DNA from: Vitrella brassicaformis CCMP3155
Taxonomy: Eukaryota > Protista > Chromerida
Direction: 5' to 3'
NCBI GenBank assembly: GCA_001179505.1
Contig: CDMY01000434.1
Coordinates: 13,243-77,242 of the forward strand
DNA: 64,000 nucleotides
The position numbers and the translations under genes are program-made. The notes under the pieces were generated by a model, which did no database searches, was not told the origin of the DNA, and saw only the letters and a list, made by a program, of their open reading frames with translations. Positions 56,405-64,000 of this stretch are shown here, in pieces. Position 1 is the first letter of the stretch; each line of letters starts with the position of its first letter.

Positions 56405-57616
56405 TAGACTTTGTCCATAGCGCTGCTCAATGAATGAATCGATGGCTGATGAGTGGATGAGTGGATGGATGGATGGAAAAGATCACAACAAGGGGGTTGG
56501 GCGTTTTGTGACCTGCTGCCTGTCTGCCTGTCTACCCGTTGATCGTCGTAGCTAATGTCTCTCTCTCTGCTTTGCTCTTCTCTCTCCTCTCGTCTGCTCG
56601 TCTGACGCTCTCGCCTCTCTGCTGTCTGTCTGGTGGGCAAACCCGCTGAGCGACTCAAGTGAGTGACTTACCTTTATCTGCCACACACATTTTTGCCTTC
56701 TTGCTCTCTTGTCGACTCTCGTCTCTCCTGTCTGTCTGAGATCGTTCTCGTTGTGGCCTTTTGTCCCGGTGTGTACAACAACCCCCTCTCGCCTGCTCGT
56801 CTGTCTGTCTGTCTGTCTGTAGGCGACGCCACTCCTCTCTTGCACCGCTCGCTCACACATCTTCATGGCTGGCAGGACTGCTCACACACACACGGACACT
56901 CGCTACGCTACGCTACGCTACGCTACACGACCCATTTGTGCGACATGCATGGTGATTTCACTCAGTCACTCACTCACTCAGTCCCTCACAGTAGCTCGAT
57001 CGCCTCCTCACCCTCGTCTGCCTGCCTGCCTGCTCGTACCGCATCGTTGGAACCGATTGCGCCTGCACGTGTGTGTGTCTGTGTGTATGTGTGTACTGAC
57101 TTACACTGCTCCATTTGTCATGCCACACATGTCCATGGTCGACGCTGCCGAATTCTGTCTGCCTATCTATCTATCTATCTGCTGCCTCCCTCACTCCCTC
57201 GCCTGCCTAAGTGCTGTCTGTGATGCGTGGCTGGGATGCGTGGAGGACACACACACATACACACCAGATGGCGTGCGGACCTTTAAGCGATGACGTCCCA
57301 TGAACCCCCTGGTCATTTAAATACCTCGGATGGGGGAAAGATCCATTGTACAAATCATCGTCATCGATCACCGTGAGTGTCAAAGGTCCGCCCACCGCCC
57401 TGCCTGCCTGCCTGCCTCATCCGATACATCCATCCATCCACCATGACGCAGCACGCAAGCGACAGCGGGGCAGGCAGACAGGCAGGCAGGCAGGGGCGGC
57501 CATTCGTTCGCACCTACCTGTCTGTCTGCATGGCACTACTCCACAAGCAGCCGTGCACTGCACACTCGCGTCCATGCATGTAATGTCAGGTCAGGCCAGG
57601 CCATGACACGTTCTAT

Positions 57617-60600
57617 CTAGCTCGCCCCATCACCCCCAGCCCCCTCACTCCCCCCGGGCCCCTTCTGGCCACTCCCCTCTCCACGGCCCAGCAGCTGCAT
57701 TATCACATCCTCGGCCCGCCGCGGCAGTTCCTGAGCCATAGCGGCAGAAAGGGCCCGTCCCAAGGGCTGCTGCTGCAGCTGCTGCTGCTGCAGCTGCTGC
57801 TGCTGATGCTGCTGCTGTGGCACACTCAATCCACTCGGGCCTGTGTTGGTGTTGGTATTCGGCTGACCCCGGTGCAAAATGCCTCTCCCCAAGCCCCGTG
57901 AGAAATCGAAGTTCTCCGACACAGCTCGGTCCACAAAGGAGCCTGGCGCATGGTGGTCGACAACCATGGCTGTGGCTGCTGGGTCCTGCTGCTGGTGCTG
58001 GTATTGTGGCTGGGCCATGTCGAAGCCGCCTCCAGGAGTGTGTGGCTGCGGGAAGTGCGACAGCTGACGGCTGGCAGCAAAGGGGACAGGCATGCCGATG
58101 TTCCGTGGGCACGGCCGGTTCTGCCGCGTCATTGGCTGAGGGGTGTAGGAGTACTGCCTCTGAGCGTTGTCATCCCCACTCGGCCCGAAGCTGCCGTCGG
58201 GATGGCGCACCCATAGCCCATGGGGTGGGTGTGGGGGAGGGGGAGAGGGCGCCTGGACGACCATAGCAGCGTTGGAGTCGCTCTCCTGCCGCGGCAGCGC
58301 CACATGTGGTGGCTGTTGGTGCTGGTGCTGTTGTTGGTGTGGGAGGTACATTGGAGGGGCGAAGGGGGGCGGCTGCTGGCTGTCTGGCAGCTGCATCACG
58401 ATGGCGGGGCCGAACAGCTGACCGCCGCGGTGTGGATGCTGCTGCTGCTGCTGCTGGTGTTGGCGTTGGTTGTGGGGGCTGCCATCGAGCGATTCGGCGG
58501 CGGTGTGGGGGAGGGGGAGAGGGTGTATGTGGTGTTTGGGGGGCCTCTTGCTCTTCCGTCCTCTCTGCACATACGAGTGGGGGTACCCGTCGTTCTCGGG
58601 AAAGCTGCATGGGACCCTGTTGGAGCGACCGCGGAATGACACAGACAGACAGAGAGAGACCATTGATTGACACAGACCCACACCTGTTTGGCCTTCCACT
58701 ACCCATCTACCGACCCGTTGTTAGCCTGGCAGGCGGGGCAGGCCGGCTCGTATTTGGGCGGCTCTAACACGCTGGTGCGGGGCGTGAAGTAGGGGCACAT
58801 CGGCTTGTGCCCTGGTGGCGGCCCGGCCGTGGCCAAACCGCCAGACATCCACAACACAACAGAGATCAGATGTCACCTCACCCACCCATCCCACCGATTG
58901 TGTGGGAGCGTGTCTGGCGTGGCGTACATACATCTGTTGTCGTGTGCCATGGGTATCTTCCTGTTGACCCCGCAGTGCCAGCAAAACTCGTGACCGCACT
59001 GACATGTCACGTGGTCACACTCCTAACACACAGACACGCACACAGACACAGACACAGACACACACGAGGGCGGGGTGGTCGTGTCGTGGTGGCCGTCAGC
59101 AGCTCTGTGCGTGCGCTTGCGTGTGCGTGTGTGTGTGTGTGTGTGTCGCTTGCCTCTTCGCTTTTGAATCCCCCGCCGTAGGCGCACTTGAGTGGGCAGG
59201 GCTTCCATCCTTCCTCTAGCAACTGGACCGGGGCAAGGTACAGAAAGGCGCTGTTTGGGCGAGGGGATGGGTGCGTGTCTAGGTGCGTACCTGTCTAACT
59301 CTGGCCTGGTGCTCTCGGAGGTCCTTCTTGTGCACCTTGCTCAGACGCTGCTCGCACGTCTCACCTGAACCACACACACACCAAGACACACACCAAGACA
59401 CACACACGTGTGCCGTCCGTCCGTCCATCCATCCATCCATCCACTCTCGGTTTGCCCACCTCTATGCGGCCCGTGCTCGCACTGCCACCAGCCAGCCAGC
59501 CAGCCAGCCACAGATAATTATCACAGAGAATCAGACGGATGGATGGCTATCTCCCCCNNNNNNNNNNNNNNNNNNNNNNNNNNNNNNNNNNNNNNNNNNN
59601 NNNNNNNNNNNNNNNNNNNNNNNNNNNNNNNNNNNNNNNNNNNNNNNNNNNNNNNNNNNNNNNNNNNNNNNNNNNNNNNNNNNNNNNNNNNNNNNNNNNN
59701 NNNNNNNNNNNNNNNNNNNNNNNNNNNNNNNNNNNNNNNNNNNNNNNNNNNNNNNNNNNNNNNNNNNNNNNNNNNNNNNNNNNNNNNNNNNNNNNNNNNN
59801 NNNNNNNNNNNNNNNNNNNNNNNNNNNNNNNNNNNNNNNNNNNNNNNNNNNNNNNNNCCACCCATCCACCCACACGAAGCCCTTTTGTGCTGGCTGCTTG
59901 TGCTGGTGTTTGGTTACGTTGCGAGGGAGTGTAGGAGTTTCTGGAATGACTTGGGCTGCAGAAGGGACTGAAACATGGAGTAGTGCTGCTCCAGCTGGGC
60001 GCGCAGGTCGAACAGGCAGTCGGGCAGGGGACACGTCAGCTTGTCCACACGCCGGGACATGACCACCTCTGCAGTGCACCACACGTATCAGTCAACACAA
60101 ATCAACACACACATGTGTATGTGTGTGGGTGCTATGTATGTGTGTGTGTGTCAACTGACCCTCGAAGTGTCTCGCGATGCACGGCTTGCAGAAGCGGTGG
60201 CTCGAGGGGCACGGCAAGGTCACACTGCCGTCCACAGGATGCTCATACAAACTAAACCATCACATACACACACACAGACAGAGAGAGAGAGAGAGAGCAG
60301 AGGCGTCACCCCACAGAGAGGAGGGTTGCAGAGGTGACTGACCAGATGGCGCACTGGAATGTTGGCGTGTCCCGCTGATCGTCGTCCCGTTCGTTCTGCA
60401 GCTGCTGGATCAGCTCAAGGTTCGCAGCACTCTCCTGCTCCAACTCACTCTGACACACACACACCACACACACGGACACACACAAGCCACAGATGACACC
60501 CTTGCCCTGCTGCACGGCAGACACCAGCTGACCTTGAGGCTCTCTCTAAAGTCATGTGACACCGCTCGCTGCAGGTCTTCGGCGGTGAGGACGGAGTCGC

Positions 60601-63600
60601 ACGAGGCCACGGGGCAGGCCACATCGACCAGCACAGAGCCGTGGCGACGCACCTCCCCCCTCCTGCGCGGCACACACGCACACACACACAGACAGGAGAG
60701 AGAGAGAGAGGGGCAAAGAGCATATGAAGGGGCTGGAGGGGGGTGGATGGGAGAGGGAGGGGTGTGTGTGTGTGTGTGTGAGCACCAATATTCTCTGAGA
60801 CAGTCCAGGTGTATGTACACCCCACAATGCAGCCGCTGCAGCCGCAGTAGAGGCTGCCCGCCCTCCCCCTCCCCCTCTCTCTCGTCTCTCCCTCCCTCTC
60901 CCTCTCCCTCAACGTCTACCACCCCGTCTCTCAGACACACGCAGCACATCTGAGTCCGGCTGCTGCTGCTATTGTTTTGAGCAAAATCACCAACACCAGC
61001 CGCCATCGGTGTGGCCGCTTCACCCTCTCCCTGCCGCCGCTGCATCGGCACGTTCCCGCCATGCATCTCAAGCACCGGGGTCTCCTGCACATCTGGTGTG
61101 GCTGTGGCTGTGGCTGTCGGCTCCTCTCTCAACCCAACACCCACACCAACACGCACACCGGCAGCACCAGGGTCGTCATCAATGGCTACAGCCGCCGCCG
61201 GCAGGTCGGCCTGTTCCACAGGGGGGCTGAGGACGATCGTCCCGCAATGATCGTGGTCGTCACCCCCGCCTCCGCCCCCTCCCCTCCACACAACCGGTTC
61301 CAGCGACAGTGCACATGGGCTGGGTGATCCCTCGGTCCCTCGAGAAGCCGCGGTCACAGGGCTGTCCAGCGGCGGCAGGGAGGCCGGCACGGGCGAAGCC
61401 GCTGACACGAATCCCTCAGAGGCCTCGGCGTCGTCTGCTGCGGTGTCATTGCCGTCTATGGCTGCGAGCGAGACCTCGATGGCCGTGTCCACTGCGCAAT
61501 GGTCGTGGTTGTCCTCCTCCTGGCCCTCCCCAAAGTCGCCCCAGCCGTCATCCACGTCATTGGCCGTCATCAGGGCGGCCGCACCGTCAGAGATGCTTTT
61601 GCAGGGTATGGCTGGAGGGGGGTGCAGGGACCCCTCGGTGAGCGGCCGGTCTTGGGTGTCACGGTGGTGGGTGGGCTGGTTGCCATCATTGCCATCTCCC
61701 TCCCCCTCTCCATCCCTTCTGTCTGCGTGGCGGGATGACGACACGGGCGTGTGGTAGACTTCGACTTCGTCGCTCTCATTCGCCTCTCCCCCCTCTCCCT
61801 CCCCAGACCCGCCCGACACCTCTTGACACTCTGCCGTCTGGTGCTCGGATTGTGGTGCCATGGCCGCACCCCCAGTGCCGACCTCGTCATCAGGGATTTC
61901 CGCGCAGGTCTGGAGGTACTGGACCAGCTCGGAGCACACCCTCTGCCGCAGCGCCGCGCCCTGTGCGGCCAGGGCGGTAGGGGGGTGCGTGCGTGTTTGG
62001 GTGGTGGCGATGGTGGTGGGCGGGGTGGCGGCGTCATCGAATATGGAGGAGGGGATGGTGTCCAGCTCGGCGAGGCTGGCGCGGAGGGGGTCGATCATGC
62101 TCATCAACTGCATCCGTCCATCCATCCATCCATCCACATGCTCGTGGGTGGAGGGGTGGGTGGGTGCGGTGTTTGGCGTCACTCACTGACCTGTCCGAGC
62201 ACCACGTCGGCGTCGCATGGGTCGTTCTGCAGACGGCGCCGCTCTAATTGGTTCCGCAACAACTCCTCTAGACAGCTGAGCAGGCCCTGAAGACCCACAC
62301 ATGCGCCTGCACGCCGCGCCCTTCATGGTGAGTCACCGCTGACTCACCCCGGTAGACTCTACGATGCCCTGAGTGGTGAGAAGCAGCCGACTCCATCTAG
62401 CGGCCACCCGCTGTCTGAGGTTGCCGGAGGCCATTGTCTTGTCCCCGCCTCCTCCCCCGCCCCCCCGAGCCACCCATGGCACCAGCCCGCCCTCGCCACC
62501 ATCACTGCTCGCATTCTGGCTACTCGTGCTCACCTGCATCACGCACACACAGCGCCCACCCACCACACCCACCCACCCACACCCACACACACACACGTGC
62601 AACGCTCCTTCCCCCATCCACACCGCCTCCTTATCACTGCCCTCACTGACCGATAGCTGCATCTTGGGCCGAGCCTTCTCCCGCTCCCACCGCTCCGACC
62701 GCGGCATGACGACGAAAGCGTCCTCAGGCCGATCGGTAGTGTACAGGACGTCATAGTGGCCGGGCCGCAGAAGCACGTGCAGCATCATGCAGCATGGCTG
62801 GGGGGATGAAATGGCGTCTCGGGAGGATGATGCGGGTGAGCCCCTCGATGACTGTGAGGGAGAGTCGGCCTGGGGCGGCAGGGGGGCAAGGTCGACCTGC
62901 CCGCTATGTGTGTCGCTGCAGTCTACAATAGGGAGAGGAGGAGAAGCCGATGGCGAAGCCGACGGAAATGGTGACGGTGCAGCGTCCTCAGCGTCAGGCC
63001 AGCTGGCGGGGCTGTGCACGACTCCACCCACATCGCTGCCGCCCTGTGTGGTGCTGCCGCCGGTCGTGCTGCTCGCCTCGCCGCCCTTGGTGTGGTCGTG
63101 GTCGCTCTTAAGAGCCGACGACTGCTCGCGGTGGAGAGGGGGGTCGCCGCCGCTGCTGCTGGTGGTGGCGGCAAAGCTGCTGGGGCCGTACTCGATGATC
63201 TGCGGCTTGTCACCGTCTCTGCACGCACACATGGGAGCCGTGGGTGGGGCGAGGCCATTCATGAGCTTGGGTGCGCACCTGTGGACCATGACGATGCACA
63301 CGCGCACTTTAAGGACATAGGGGCAGGCAACAAGGGTGACGTCTGCAGCGTCCTCGCCCATACGCAGCACCGAGTCGCTGAATGGTTCACACGGGTGGCG
63401 ACACACACACACACAGGGGTGGGGCGCCTGTGTGGGTGGTTGCAGCCTCACTCCGCTCACTTGATAAAGTTGTTCATGTTTTGGTATGCGGTGGATTGCG
63501 CCCAGACGTCATAGGTGATGTGCCCGTTCTGCTCATGCGACCCATCGGGATTCACCTCCTCCTAACCAACACACACACACACACACACGCATCCTCTCCC

Positions 63601-64000
63601 TCTGTGTCTGTCTGTCTGTCTGTCTGTGTGTCACCTGAGCGTTTTGCTCAAGGAAGCGGCTGACAAGGTGCCTCAGCACGCGCACAAAAGCGGCGTCGTA
63701 TTCATCCGAGTTGAAGGTGGTCCACACCTCGTCGATCAGGCGGGCCACCTCGGGCGGCTCGGTGATGTCCGTCCTCGCCATACTGCATCACCTGCAGCGC
63801 ACACACACATAACACAGAGAAAGGTGTGGGTGGTTGGGCTGGTTTGTGGGGTTTGTGGGCTCGGTGCGGACGGACCGTGTCATGCAGCTCTTCAAGCATC
63901 TCTGGCCGTGCCCAGAGCGCCGCTTCGATGTAGCTGTACAAGACGGCACGATAGTAACAGTTCCCATCCCCACGCACCGATCGCCAACCTGACCACACCA
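57617..64000 (-). CDS. Otubain-type (peptidase C65) deubiquitinase domain + RING-like finger + RBR E3 ligase, apparently one multi-exon gene; 5' end lies beyond the window
   Basis: RSVRGDGNCYYRA (Cys box), LLRPGHYDVLY (His box); CCVCLRD...HCGVYIHLDC...CPVASC; RING1 CAICLYEHPVDGSVTLPCPSSHRFCKPC...CPLPDC; RING2 WKPCPLKC...ECDHVTCQCGHEFCWHC; Q/P-rich tail. The IBR probably lies in gap 59558-59857; one splice-phase inconsistency near 63790. Confidence 0.8.
59558..59857. other. Scaffold gap (300 N) where the IBR exon(s) would be expected
   Basis: N run between the RING1 and pre-RING2 exons. Confidence 0.99.

Noticed and set aside
63788-63790. TGA just after the 63792 acceptor as a second selenocysteine
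   Set aside because: It needs a phase-2 donor that is not present and does not align with a catalytic Cys.

Overview
Intron-rich, GC-rich eukaryotic genomic DNA. Introns are full of (CA)n/(GA)n/(GACA)n/(GGAT)n/(GGCA)n microsatellites and the proteins look alveolate; this resembles a chromerid such as Vitrella brassicaformis (inference from composition and gene content). I reconstruct 14 spliced protein-coding genes by eye, two cut by the window edges: a partial membrane protein, YME1/FtsH protease, ANTH-domain + TKL kinase, BTB/POZ protein, SnoaL/NTF2-like protein, a small secreted orphan, Sec61-beta, an O6-alkylguanine alkyltransferase (MGMT), a coiled-coil/RG-rich protein, SWR1 ATPase, eIF3L, an ELMO-domain protein, a ferlin and a candidate PP1-targeting protein, plus a large otubain-RING-RBR gene running off the right edge. 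Six 300-N scaffold gaps hide some sequence. Best leads: (1) the MGMT has an in-frame TGA exactly at the catalytic cysteine (P-TGA-H-R-V-V) with homology continuing afterwards, so it is a candidate selenocysteine DNA-repair enzyme, although I could not find a SECIS by eye; (2) one gene appears to fuse an otubain deubiquitinase to an RBR E3 ligase; (3) a CW-type zinc finger sits inside the SWR1 ATPase insertion; (4) a SILK+RVxF+CaaX protein; (5) a 32-bp-stem hairpin whose mismatches fall every third base. Exon boundaries were read manually and need RNA-seq confirmation. No rRNA, tRNA, CRISPR or recognisable mobile element was seen.
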